64,000 nt of DNA from an uncultured bacterium. Its GTDB lineage: Bacteria; Acidobacteriota; Thermoanaerobaculia; Multivoradales; JAHZIX01. The notes below the pieces were generated by a model that did not search any database, was not told where the DNA came from, and saw only the letters and a list, made by a program, of their open reading frames with translations. Positions 9,648 through 18,956 of the stretch are shown one piece after another. Positions within the stretch are counted from its first letter, which is position 1; the number at the start of each line of letters is the position of its first letter. The stretch covers positions 416,001 through 480,000 of the forward strand of contig CBDUPA010000002.1 of NCBI GenBank assembly GCA_965368975.1, read 5' to 3'. The position numbers were made by a program, and so were the translations under genes.

Positions 9648-11035
9648 CAAGCGGCCTCCTCCTGCACCAACTGTTGACCGAGGCGGTAGACATCACCGGC
9701 ACCGAGGGTCAGGATCAGATCGCCTTCGGCGGCATCTGACAGCACTTCTGGCGCTTGCTTCCAGTGCGGCACGAAGGTCACGTGCCGATGCCCGCTGGCC
9801 CGCGCCGCCGCCACCACCAGTTCACCGCTGACACCCGCGATCGGTGCCTCGCGCGAGGCGTAGACATCGGTCACCACGACTCTGTCGGCAGCCAGCAGAG
9901 CACGGCCGAAGTCTTCCGCCAGCAGGCGCGTGCGGCTGTAGAGATGGGGCTGGAACACGGCATGAACACGGCCGCCCGGGCACACCTGGCGGGCTGCACG
10001 CAGCACGGCGGTGACTTCGGTCGGGTGGTGGGCGTAGTCGTCGACCACGGTGGCACCGTGCCAGCTTCCAAGCTGCTCGAAGCGCCGGTGCACACCGCCG
10101 AAGCCGGACAAGGCCTCGGCGATGGCGGTGAAGCTCAGGTCCAGCGCCCGGCCGACGGCAACCGCGGCGAGGGCATTCTGGACGTTGTGCACGCCCGGCA
10201 TCGGCAGGGCAATCTGCCCCAGCTCGCCGAGTTCGGCAGCGCGTACCGTAAAGCGGCTGCCGTGATGATCCTGCGTCACTTCGGTGGCACAGAGCTCGGC
10301 CTGCGGACTCAAGCCATAGGAGGTCACGCGCCGTCCCGCCAGACGGGGAAGGATCTGCTGGATCTGGGGATCGTCGAGACACAGGATCACTTGACCGAAG
10401 AAGGGCACTCGGTTGGCAAAGGTGACAAAGGCCTCCTCGATCTCGCTGAGGTCACGGTAGGTGTCCAGGTGGTCGCAATCGATCGAGGTGATGACGGCGA
10501 TGATCGGCGCCAGGGTCAGGAAGCTGCGATCGAACTCGTCGGCTTCAGCGACCATCAGCTCGCTCTTGCCGTGCCGCGCCCCGGTACCCGTGACGCGCAG
10601 GCGACCACCGACGATCACGGTCGGGTCCAGCCCAGCCTCTGTCAGCACCGTGCCGACCAGCGAGGTGGTGGTGGTCTTGCCATGGGTGCCGGCAACCGCG
10701 ATGCCGTACTTGAGACGCATCAGCTCGGCCAGCATCTCGGCGCGGCGAACCACTGCGATACCCTGCTGACGGGCGGCCTGCACTTCCGGGTTGTCCGGTG
10801 GCACCGCAGACGAGACGACGACCAGATCCGCACCCGCGACATGCGCCGGGTCGTGCCCCTGGTGGATCTCGATACCCAGACCGGCGAGCCGGCGGACGGT
10901 CTCGCTCCGCGCCTGATCACTACCCGAAACCTTCAGCTCGTAATCGCGCAACACCTCGGCGATGCCACTCATGCCGGCACCGCCGATGCCGACCAGGTGA
11001 ATGTGGTCGAGACCGGTGAAACGTTGGAAGAGCAT
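9647..11035 (-). CDS. murC: UDP-N-acetylmuramate--L-alanine ligase
   Basis: HLVGIGGAGMSG, AGTHGKTTTT, EADEFDRSFL, DDYAHHPTE. True start is ATG 11035, overlapping the murG stop (TGATG). Confidence 0.98.
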   Translation of the reverse strand: MLFQRFTGLDHIHLVGIGGAGMSGIAEVLRDYELKVSGSDQARSETVRRLAGLGIEIHQGHDPAHVAGADLVVVSSAVPPDNPEVQAARQQGIAVVRRAEMLAELMRLKYGIAVAGTHGKTTTTSLVGTVLTEAGLDPTVIVGGRLRVTGTGARHGKSELMVAEADEFDRSFLTLAPIIAVITSIDCDHLDTYRDLSEIEEAFVTFANRVPFFGQVILCLDDPQIQQILPRLAGRRVTSYGLSPQAELCATEVTQDHHGSRFTVRAAELGELGQIALPMPGVHNVQNALAAVAVGRALDLSFTAIAEALSGFGGVHRRFEQLGSWHGATVVDDYAHHPTEVTAVLRAARQVCPGGRVHAVFQPHLYSRTRLLAEDFGRALLAADRVVVTDVYASREAPIAGVSGELVVAAARASGHRHVTFVPHWKQAPEVLSDAAEGDLILTLGAGDVYRLGQQLVQEEAA

Positions 11036-12186
11036 CAGCTGACCCTCCCCGCGGACGTCTTCGAGGCCAGCGCCAGCAGGTGGTTCGCAATGCGGGCAGC
11101 GGCATCTGGACGCGCCAGGCCGCGGGCAGCACGAGCCATGGTGCCGAGTTGGTCCGCATCGCGCAGCAGGCTGCTCAGACGGTCGGCGAGCACGGTGGCG
11201 GTCAAGTCGGCTTCGCTCTCGAGCAACTCGGCAGCGCCAGCCTCGACCAGCGTGCGCGCGTTGTCGCGCTGGTGGCCGAGAGCGAGCGACAGCGGAATGA
11301 GCAGCGACGGCCGGCCGGCCGCACACAGCTCGGCGAGCGTGATGGCGCCTGCACGGGAGACGACCAGGTGCGCACGCGCCATGGCACCGGCGACGTCGTC
11401 GAGGAAGGGGGTGACTTCGACCTGCAGATCGGGCAGGTCGGTACGCACCTCCTGGTAGGCCTCCTGGGTCAACTCCAGGTGACGCTGGCCGGTCTGGTGG
11501 AGCACGTCCAGGCGACCCAGCGTGCGCGCCGCCTGAGCGACCGCCGCAGGCACCAGACGGTTGAGCTGCAGCGCGCCCTGACTACCTCCCAGGATCAGCA
11601 GCCGGACGGGAGCATCGTCGCCCGGCGCTTCCAGGTCAGCGACCTCGTGGAAGGTCCGGCGGACCGGAATACCGGTGACCTCGGCGTCGCAGCTCAGTTC
11701 GCTCCGGGTGTGCTCGTAAGCGACCGCCGCGGCGTGGGCGAAGCGTGCCAGCTGACGGTTGGCGACGCCGCTCACCGCGTTGGGCTCGAAGAGCATCACC
11801 GGTCGACGGGCCAGACGGGCTCCGACCACCGCCGGCGCCGAGACGTACCCTCCGGTGCCCAACACCACGTCGACCCCCAGGCGGCGTACCAGGCTTCGTG
11901 CGGTGAAGGCCGAGCCGGTCAGCGTCAAGACAGCGCGCACCTTGCCCGCGAGCCCCTGCCCGACCAAGGGCCGGGCACTGAGCGGATAGAAGGCCAGCCC
12001 GTGCCGGGGTACCCAGCGTGCCTCCGGACCGGTGGCGGAGCCCGTGAAGCTCACCTGCCACCCCCGGTCACGCAGCTCATCCGCCAGGGTGAGCGCCGGA
12101 AAGACGTGCCCACCCGTACCGCCGCCAGCCAGCAGCACGTGCAGCGGCGGGGGTGCAGATGTGGAGGTGTGAGCGTCATCGTGCAT
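11035..12186 (-). CDS. murG: Lipid II N-acetylglucosaminyl transferase MurG
   Basis: GGGTGGHVFP, GGYVSAP, GGSQGA, SRAGAIT, HQRDNA. Confidence 0.98.
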   Translation of the reverse strand: MHDDAHTSTSAPPPLHVLLAGGGTGGHVFPALTLADELRDRGWQVSFTGSATGPEARWVPRHGLAFYPLSARPLVGQGLAGKVRAVLTLTGSAFTARSLVRRLGVDVVLGTGGYVSAPAVVGARLARRPVMLFEPNAVSGVANRQLARFAHAAAVAYEHTRSELSCDAEVTGIPVRRTFHEVADLEAPGDDAPVRLLILGGSQGALQLNRLVPAAVAQAARTLGRLDVLHQTGQRHLELTQEAYQEVRTDLPDLQVEVTPFLDDVAGAMARAHLVVSRAGAITLAELCAAGRPSLLIPLSLALGHQRDNARTLVEAGAAELLESEADLTATVLADRLSSLLRDADQLGTMARAARGLARPDAAARIANHLLALASKTSAGRVS

Positions 12187-12192
12187 ATCCGT

Positions 12193-13269
12193 TCACGCAT
12201 GCTGGGAGACATTGAGCAGCAGGCCGCTGGCGGCCAAGGTAACCACCAGCGACGAACCGCCGTAGGAGATGAAGGGGAGTGGCACACCGGTCGGTGGCAG
12301 CAACGCCAGCGCGACGCTCACGTGGGCCAGCGCCTGCATGCCGAGCATGCCGGTCAAGCCCCAGGCGAGGGCGGAACCGAACTCGTCGGGCGCGGCCAGG
12401 CCGGCAACGATGCCGCGCCAGATCAGGAGTGAAAAGGCGCACAGGGTCGCCAGGGCTCCCACGAAGCCGAGTTCCTCGCAGATGATCGAGAAGATGAAAT
12501 CCGACTCCGCGTGCGGCAGGAAGTGCAACTTCTGCACGCTTCCTCCCGGCCCGAGGCCCGAAAGGCCGCCCGTACCGACGGCGATCAGCGACTGCAAGGG
12601 CTGGAAGCCACCACCCAGGGGACTGGCCGAGGGATCGAGGAAGGTGGTCACCCGCTCCAAACGGTAGGGCTCGAAGGCGATCAGGAGCACCAGCACGCCC
12701 AAGCCGATCACCGCGGCTGCCGTGACATAGCGTAGCGGCAGGCCGCCGAGGAAGAGCATCAGAGCGCCAGTCGCCAGCAGCAGGCCGCCGGTCCCCAAGT
12801 CCTGGCCGAGAATCAAGCCCGACAGCAGCAACATGACGACGCCGGCAGGCACCAGGAAGGTCGGCTGCTCGATCTCTTCCCCTCGACTGCCGATCAGGTA
12901 GGCCAGGTAGATGACCAGCGTCAGCTTGGCCAGCTCCGAGGGCTGGAACGAGACGCCACCGATGAAGATCCAGCGATGCACGTTGTTGAGCTGCGGCATG
13001 AAGTACACGCTGACCAGCAGAGCGACCGTGGCCAGCAAGATGCCGTAGACCACTTGCTTGCGCCGCAGCCACGTGTAGTCCAGGTGCATGGTGACACCCA
13101 TGACCACCGCGCCAAGAAGCGCCGCCAACATCTGCTTGACCAGCTGCAGGTTGACGGGATCACCCAGTGCCTTCGGGGAGCTGGCGGAGGCCACCATGGC
13201 CAAGCCGAAGACGGTCAACAGGGTGATGGAGGTGAACATCCACTTGTCGAAGGCGAGCTTCTTGGCCAT
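12193..13269 (-). CDS. ftsW: SEDS peptidoglycan glycosyltransferase FtsW
   Basis: RWI...QPSELAK, SDFIFSIICEELG, LPFISYGGSS. Confidence 0.97.
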   Translation of the reverse strand: MAKKLAFDKWMFTSITLLTVFGLAMVASASSPKALGDPVNLQLVKQMLAALLGAVVMGVTMHLDYTWLRRKQVVYGILLATVALLVSVYFMPQLNNVHRWIFIGGVSFQPSELAKLTLVIYLAYLIGSRGEEIEQPTFLVPAGVVMLLLSGLILGQDLGTGGLLLATGALMLFLGGLPLRYVTAAAVIGLGVLVLLIAFEPYRLERVTTFLDPSASPLGGGFQPLQSLIAVGTGGLSGLGPGGSVQKLHFLPHAESDFIFSIICEELGFVGALATLCAFSLLIWRGIVAGLAAPDEFGSALAWGLTGMLGMQALAHVSVALALLPPTGVPLPFISYGGSSLVVTLAASGLLLNVSQHA

Positions 13270-14753
13270 CAGTTCACCACCTCCGGCAGCGCGGCCACCA
13301 GTTCGCAGAAGCGACGGCCACGGTGAGCGTAGCTCTGGAACTGGTCGTAGCTGGCACAGGCGGGCGACAGCAGCACCGCCTCGCCGGCACGGGCGACGCG
13401 CGAGGCCCGCTGCACGGCACTCTCCAGGGTGACGCTGTCCTCGCAGGGCGCGGCACCGGCGAAGGCCTGCTGGAAGGCCGACTTGGCCTCTCCGATCAGG
13501 TACAGGCGGCGGACCTTGCGCTGCACCAGCTCGCGCAGATCGCTCAGGTCGTCGCCCTTGTGCACACCGCCCAGGATCAGGTGAACCGTGCCATCGGGCA
13601 GGTCGGCCAGCGACTTGGCGGTGGCCGCTGCGTTGGTGCCCTTGGAATCGTCGTACCAGGCGACGCCGTCCAGCTCGCGCACCACCTGCATCCGGTGAGG
13701 CAAAGGACGGAAGTCGGCCAGGGCCCGGCGCAGATGCTGGGGTGCTGCGCCACGGGCACGTGCCAGCAGGGCCGCTGCCATGGCGTTCTCCAGGTTGTGC
13801 AGCCCACTCAGGTGGACGTCGGTGCGTCGGAAGAGTTCGACCGGTGCGCTCTCCGGCTGCACCTCGATGATCGCGTCACCGTCCAGGTAGCAACCGTCGG
13901 CCACCGGAGCGCGGTGCGAGAAGGTGCGTCGACGCGCGGTGCCGTGCATCCCCGGGCAGCCGTTCTCGATCCAAGCGGCAATCCACGGATCGTCGGCATT
14001 CAGTACCGCCACGTCGTCCGCCTCCTGGCGCTCGAAGATCGCCTTCTTGGCGCCGGCGTAGGCGTCGAAATCGGCGTAGCGATCGAGATGGTCCGGCGTC
14101 ACGTTGAGCAAGGCCGCGGCCCGGCAGCGGAAGGTCGACAGCGCCTCCAGCTGGAAACTCGACAGCTCGACGACGAAGCAGCGACCCTCTGCACCCCTGC
14201 CCGGCTCACCGCTGACACGATCGCTCAGCGGCTGCCCGATGTTGCCGCACACCTCGACCGCCTGGCCGGCGGCCCGCAGCATGGCACCGGCCAGCTCAGT
14301 GGTCGTGCTCTTGCCGTTGGTACCGGTGATGCCGAGGACCGGACCCGCGAGCAGCGGAAAGGCCAGCTCGACTTCCGCCACCACCGGCAGACCGGCCCGT
14401 CGGGCCGCGCTCAACAACGGCTTGCTGGGTGGCACGCCAGGACTCACCACGATGGCGTCGATCCTGGACAGTAGGGTTGACGTTGCTCCTGCAGCGTCAC
14501 TGCCGGTATCGAACTCTGCGCGCAGCTCGAACGCCTCGTGTTGGATCAGCTCGCGCAAAGCCTGTTGTTGCGGATCGATCTCCATCGACGGTCGGTCGTC
14601 GAGTCCCACCACCGTCACCCCGCGGGCGAGCAACAGGCGCGCCGCGGCACGCCCGGACAGACCGAGCCCGTAGACGGCCACGCGCAACCATCCCTGCTGC
14701 GTCCAGGGCAGGCAGCGGCTCGTCGGCGCGGGGTGGGGGGGAGTGCGTGACAT
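13269..14753 (-). CDS. murD: UDP-MurNAc-L-Ala--D-Glu ligase
   Basis: GLGLSG, ITGTNGKSTTT, ELSSFQL, DDSKGTN, LLSPACASYDQF. Confidence 0.98.
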   Translation of the reverse strand: MSRTPPHPAPTSRCLPWTQQGWLRVAVYGLGLSGRAAARLLLARGVTVVGLDDRPSMEIDPQQQALRELIQHEAFELRAEFDTGSDAAGATSTLLSRIDAIVVSPGVPPSKPLLSAARRAGLPVVAEVELAFPLLAGPVLGITGTNGKSTTTELAGAMLRAAGQAVEVCGNIGQPLSDRVSGEPGRGAEGRCFVVELSSFQLEALSTFRCRAAALLNVTPDHLDRYADFDAYAGAKKAIFERQEADDVAVLNADDPWIAAWIENGCPGMHGTARRRTFSHRAPVADGCYLDGDAIIEVQPESAPVELFRRTDVHLSGLHNLENAMAAALLARARGAAPQHLRRALADFRPLPHRMQVVRELDGVAWYDDSKGTNAAATAKSLADLPDGTVHLILGGVHKGDDLSDLRELVQRKVRRLYLIGEAKSAFQQAFAGAAPCEDSVTLESAVQRASRVARAGEAVLLSPACASYDQFQSYAHRGRRFCELVAALPEVVN

Positions 14754-14766
14754 CAGCGTTGGATCG

Positions 14767-15852
14767 TCAACGTAGTTTCAGGGTCGAGAGACCGATCAGG
14801 GCGAAGATCAGCGCCAAGATCCAGAACCTGACGATGATCTTGGGCTCCTTCCAGCCCAGGAGTTCGAAATGGTGGTGCAACGGCGCCATTCGGAAGATCC
14901 GCTTCCCCGTCAGCTTGAAGGATGCGACCTGCAGAATCACCGACACGGCCTCGGCGACGAAGACGCCCCCGACCAGGACTAGCACCAGCTCCTGCTTGCA
15001 CAGCACCGCTACCGAGCCGATGGCGGCGCCGATCGACAGGGAACCGACGTCACCCATGAAGACTTCCGCCGGATGACTGTTGAACCACAGAAAGCCGAGG
15101 CTCGCACCCACCAGAGAGGTGCAGAAGACGGCGACTTCGCCGGTCCCGGGCATGTGCTGCACCTGCAGGTAGTTGGCGACGACGGCATTGCCGGCGACAT
15201 AGGTGAAGACGGCGTAGGTCCCGGCCGCGATCAAGGTGGCGCCAATCGCCAGGCCGTCGAGCCCGTCGGTCAGGTTGACGGCATTCGAAGAGCCAACCAG
15301 TACCAGCATGACGAACGGCACGAAGAAGAGGCCCAGCGGCACCACCAGGTCCTTGAAGAAGGGGAACGTGAGGGTCGGTTCGAAAGGCGTCTCCAAGGGC
15401 AGACGAGTGACCACCAGCGCCATGGCGGCGGCCACCAGGCATTGCGCCAGGAACTTCTGGCGCGACGTCAGGCCCAAGTTGCGGCCCCTGCGTACCTTGA
15501 TGAAATCGTCGAAGAAGCCGATGAGACCAAAGGCAACGGTCACCACGACCACCACCCAGACCAGCGGATTGTCCAGCCGTGCCCACAGGAGGGTCGCCGA
15601 CAGCCAACCGAAGAGGATCAGCAGTCCGCCCATGGTCGGCGTGCCGGCCTTCACCTGGTGACTCTCAGGACCGACGTCTCGGATGTTCTGCCCCACGGAC
15701 AAGCGGCGTAGCATGGCGATGAAGCGCGGACCGAGCAGCAACATCAGGATCAGAGCGGTCAGCGTTGCCCCCGCCGCCCGGAAGGTGATGTAGCGGAAGA
15801 CGTTGAACAGCGCGAACTGGTCGGCCAGTGGAAACAGGAGGTGGTAGAGCAT
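14767..15852 (-). CDS. mraY: Phospho-MurNAc-pentapeptide transferase
   Basis: KAGTPTMGG, NAVNLTDGLDGLA, FMGDVGS, MAPLHHHFE. Confidence 0.99.
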   Translation of the reverse strand: MLYHLLFPLADQFALFNVFRYITFRAAGATLTALILMLLLGPRFIAMLRRLSVGQNIRDVGPESHQVKAGTPTMGGLLILFGWLSATLLWARLDNPLVWVVVVVTVAFGLIGFFDDFIKVRRGRNLGLTSRQKFLAQCLVAAAMALVVTRLPLETPFEPTLTFPFFKDLVVPLGLFFVPFVMLVLVGSSNAVNLTDGLDGLAIGATLIAAGTYAVFTYVAGNAVVANYLQVQHMPGTGEVAVFCTSLVGASLGFLWFNSHPAEVFMGDVGSLSIGAAIGSVAVLCKQELVLVLVGGVFVAEAVSVILQVASFKLTGKRIFRMAPLHHHFELLGWKEPKIIVRFWILALIFALIGLSTLKLR

Positions 15853-17345
15853 CAGGCACTCCCCTCCGTCCCACCATGGCCCGACAGAGCCAGCTGCTCG
15901 TGGAGCGCTCTGACGACAACGTCGAGGCCAGCACCACGGGAGGCCTTGACCAGCACCAGATCGCCGGCGGACAGACGATCCGGCAGTTGCCGCGCCGCCG
16001 TCTCGGCATCGTGCAGCTCTTCGGCATCACCGCCGGCCGCACGTGCCGCCTGAGCGATCAACGATCCCAGCTCCCCGACGCCGAGCACGTGGAAGCCCAG
16101 CCGCGCGGCCACCCGGCCGACCTCGCGGTGCAGTTCCGGTCCGCGCGGTCCCAGCTCCAACATGTCACCCAGCACGGCCCAGCTACGACCAGCACCCCGA
16201 TGCTCAGCCAGTGTCGCAGCACCGGTGAGTGCGCTGCGCACAGCCTCCGGATTGGCATTGTAGGCGTCGTCGATCAAGGTGATGTCCTGCGCCAGTGCGC
16301 ACACCTCGCCGCGACCGGCGAGGGGCCGCACGTCGGACAGCGCGGCAGCGATCGCGGGCAACTCGACACCGAGGGCCCAGGCACAAGCAGCCGCGGCAAG
16401 GGCGTTGGCCACGTTGTGCCGGCCGTAGAGTGGTAGGGAGATGTTCTGCCGTCCCGAGGGCGTCTCCAAGACAAAGCGACTGCCGGTACCACTCTCGTCG
16501 GCACTGACAGCCCGGGCCACGACTTCGAGTTCGTCTGGAGCCCGCTCGTCGAGAGATGCGCTATCGCCTGCAGGATGAAAGCCAAAGTGGACCAGGCGGG
16601 TACCAGGATGCTGCGCGTGGTGCCGGCGCGCGATGCGCAGCACGCGCTCATCGTCGGCATTGGCGACGATCAGACCCTCGGCGCTCAGGCCCTCGAGTAC
16701 CTCGGCCTTGGCCTCGGCAATCGCGTCGAGATTGGGAAAGGACTCGAGGTGGGCGGCACCGACGTTGGTCACGACGACGGCTTCCGGCCGGGCCAGCTGG
16801 GACAGCTGCGACAACTCGCCGGGCGTCGACATTCCCATCTCGGCCACCATCCACTCCGTGTCCCGCGGAATCCCCAGCAGAGCCAGCGGGAAGCCGAGCA
16901 AATTGTTCAGGTTGCCAGGGTTGGCGGCAGTGCGGAAACGCGACGCCAAGAGGGCGGCGAGCATCTCCTTGGTGGTGGTCTTGCCGGCCGACCCGGTGAT
17001 ACCGACCAGGTGCCGAGGTAGATCCTGGCGTACAGCTAGGGTCAGATCGTGCAGCGCACCCAACACTTCCGGCACGGCGAGCAGTGCCCCCGCCTGGCAC
17101 CAGGACGCCCAGACCTGCGGGTCGCCCTGCGCTCGGCCAGCGTCGACCACCGCGGCCGCAGCCCCCGCGGCGAGGGCCGCGGCGACGAAGCGGTGTCCGT
17201 CGGTATGCTCCCCCGGTAGCGCGAAGAAGAGATCCCCGGCTTGCACACGACGCGAGTCGATGGCCGCACCAGTGAAGGACACCGCGCCATCGCCCGTCAG
17301 GTTGGCGTTCATCGCTCGTGCTGCGTGCTGGAGTGTCCGTTCCAC
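15852..17345 (-). CDS. murF: UDP-MurNAc-tripeptide--D-Ala-D-Ala ligase
   Basis: GITGSAGKTTTKE, EMGMS, DDAYNANP, LGDMLELG, VKASRG. Confidence 0.97.
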   Translation of the reverse strand: MERTLQHAARAMNANLTGDGAVSFTGAAIDSRRVQAGDLFFALPGEHTDGHRFVAAALAAGAAAAVVDAGRAQGDPQVWASWCQAGALLAVPEVLGALHDLTLAVRQDLPRHLVGITGSAGKTTTKEMLAALLASRFRTAANPGNLNNLLGFPLALLGIPRDTEWMVAEMGMSTPGELSQLSQLARPEAVVVTNVGAAHLESFPNLDAIAEAKAEVLEGLSAEGLIVANADDERVLRIARRHHAQHPGTRLVHFGFHPAGDSASLDERAPDELEVVARAVSADESGTGSRFVLETPSGRQNISLPLYGRHNVANALAAAACAWALGVELPAIAAALSDVRPLAGRGEVCALAQDITLIDDAYNANPEAVRSALTGAATLAEHRGAGRSWAVLGDMLELGPRGPELHREVGRVAARLGFHVLGVGELGSLIAQAARAAGGDAEELHDAETAARQLPDRLSAGDLVLVKASRGAGLDVVVRALHEQLALSGHGGTEGSA

Positions 17346-17348
17346 GGC

Positions 17349-18956
17349 TCAGACCTCTTCCTGGTGCGAAGGGGGTTGTGAGGAACTCTCCGCGGCAGCG
17401 CTCGTAGCAGCGGTGCGCGCGGCTACCGCCGCCAGCGCTCCGCAGAGTTCTGCGTGATCGGAGAAAGGGGTCTTGACGCCGCCGATGTCCTGGGTCGCTT
17501 CGTGCCCCTTGCCGGCCACCAGCACCAGAGCCTCGGGCGGCGCCAGCTCGATGGCAAGCCGGATCGCCCGGCGGCGGTCGGGTTCGACCAGATAGTGAGG
17601 ATTGCCACTGGCCTCCAGGCCCTCTTCGACTTGCGCCAGGATGCGTTGCGGATCCTCGCCGCGCGGATTGTCGTTGGTGGCGATCGGCAGCTCGGACAGC
17701 TCACCAGCGATGCGCCCCATCGGCACCCGCTTGTCACGATCACGGTCCCCACCGCAGCCAAAGACCACGACCACGGGGCGTCGGCCGAACGGCGTCTCGG
17801 CCAGCTCGCGCAAGGCGCGCAACGCGGCTTCGAGAGCGGCCGGCGTGTGCGCGTAGTCGACGAAAGCCGGCGGTGCCTGGCCTGGCGGCGTCACCAATTC
17901 CAGGCGTCCGGGGACCGGCGGGAAGGTAGCGATCGCCTGCAAGACGGGACTGGTGTCCAGCTCCAGCGCTTCGGCCACGGCCAGCGCCGCCAGGAGGTTC
18001 TCCAGGTTGAAGCTACCCACCAGTTGGCCTTCGAAGTCGTGATCGCCGCGCGGCGTACGCAGCCGCCCCCGGCTACCCTGGACCGTCATGTCGGCGTCTT
18101 CAATGGTCACGTCGGCACCCAGCTCCGCAGCGACGCCATAGGTCAAGACTCGGGTCCCCTGCTGCTGCAGCATGTCGCGCAGCCTACGACCCCAGGCGTC
18201 ACCAAGGTGCACCACCGCGGTACCGCCGGCTTTCAGTTGCTCGAACAGCCGCTGCTTGGCCGCGAAGTAGCGCTCGAAGTCACCGTGGTAGTCGAGATGG
18301 TCGTGCGTCAGATTGGTGAACACGGCGACGTCGAAGGTCGCACCATGGACACGTCCCTGGTCGAGACCGATCGACGAGACCTCCATCGCCGCCGCTTCGG
18401 CACCGGCCGCGCGCATCGCGCGCAGCATGCGGAACAGATCCGTAGCCTCGGGCGTCGTGCGCCCGGTTCCCCAGCCTTCGCGGCTGAAGTCACGATTGGC
18501 GAAGCGGTAGCCGAGGGTACCGAGCACACCCGCGGGCCGGCCGGCGGCCTCCAGCATCGCTGCACACAGCGCTGCGACCGTCGACTTGCCATTGGTGCCG
18601 GTGATGCCGACCAGGGTCAGCTCGCGGTCTGGATGGCCATAGATCTCGGCTGCCAGCGGCCCCAACCACGGACGCGGGTCCTCACTCGTGCGGATCCACG
18701 GCAGCTGCGCTCCGGCCGCGAGAGAGGCGAGCGCTTCGGGCTCGCCTTCAGCCAGTACCGCGACCGCACCGCGGGCGACTGCGGCGGCAGCATGCTGGCG
18801 GCCATCGACGTGCGCTCCAGAGAGGGCCACGAACAGCTCGCCTGGACCTACGCTACGCGAATCGTGGCTGATGCCCACAACGTCGAGGGTCGCCAGCTGC
18901 TGGGACAGCTCGGCGACCGACAGAGGAACGGCGTTCAGCGCATCTCGCAGAGTCAT
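17349..18956 (-). CDS. murE: UDP-MurNAc-dipeptide--meso-DAP ligase
   Basis: GITGTNGKST, EVSS, DYAHTP, GCGGDRD, DNPR (mDAP-type), AGKGHE. Start at ATG 18956 (ATGA overlap with the ftsI stop). Confidence 0.97.
   Translation of the reverse strand: MTLRDALNAVPLSVAELSQQLATLDVVGISHDSRSVGPGELFVALSGAHVDGRQHAAAAVARGAVAVLAEGEPEALASLAAGAQLPWIRTSEDPRPWLGPLAAEIYGHPDRELTLVGITGTNGKSTVAALCAAMLEAAGRPAGVLGTLGYRFANRDFSREGWGTGRTTPEATDLFRMLRAMRAAGAEAAAMEVSSIGLDQGRVHGATFDVAVFTNLTHDHLDYHGDFERYFAAKQRLFEQLKAGGTAVVHLGDAWGRRLRDMLQQQGTRVLTYGVAAELGADVTIEDADMTVQGSRGRLRTPRGDHDFEGQLVGSFNLENLLAALAVAEALELDTSPVLQAIATFPPVPGRLELVTPPGQAPPAFVDYAHTPAALEAALRALRELAETPFGRRPVVVVFGCGGDRDRDKRVPMGRIAGELSELPIATNDNPRGEDPQRILAQVEEGLEASGNPHYLVEPDRRRAIRLAIELAPPEALVLVAGKGHEATQDIGGVKTPFSDHAELCGALAAVAARTAATSAAAESSSQPPSHQEEV

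Noticed and set aside
8421-11035. Absence of murB and ddl between murC and ftsQ
   Set aside because: A common lineage-level dcw variation; these genes are probably elsewhere in the genome.
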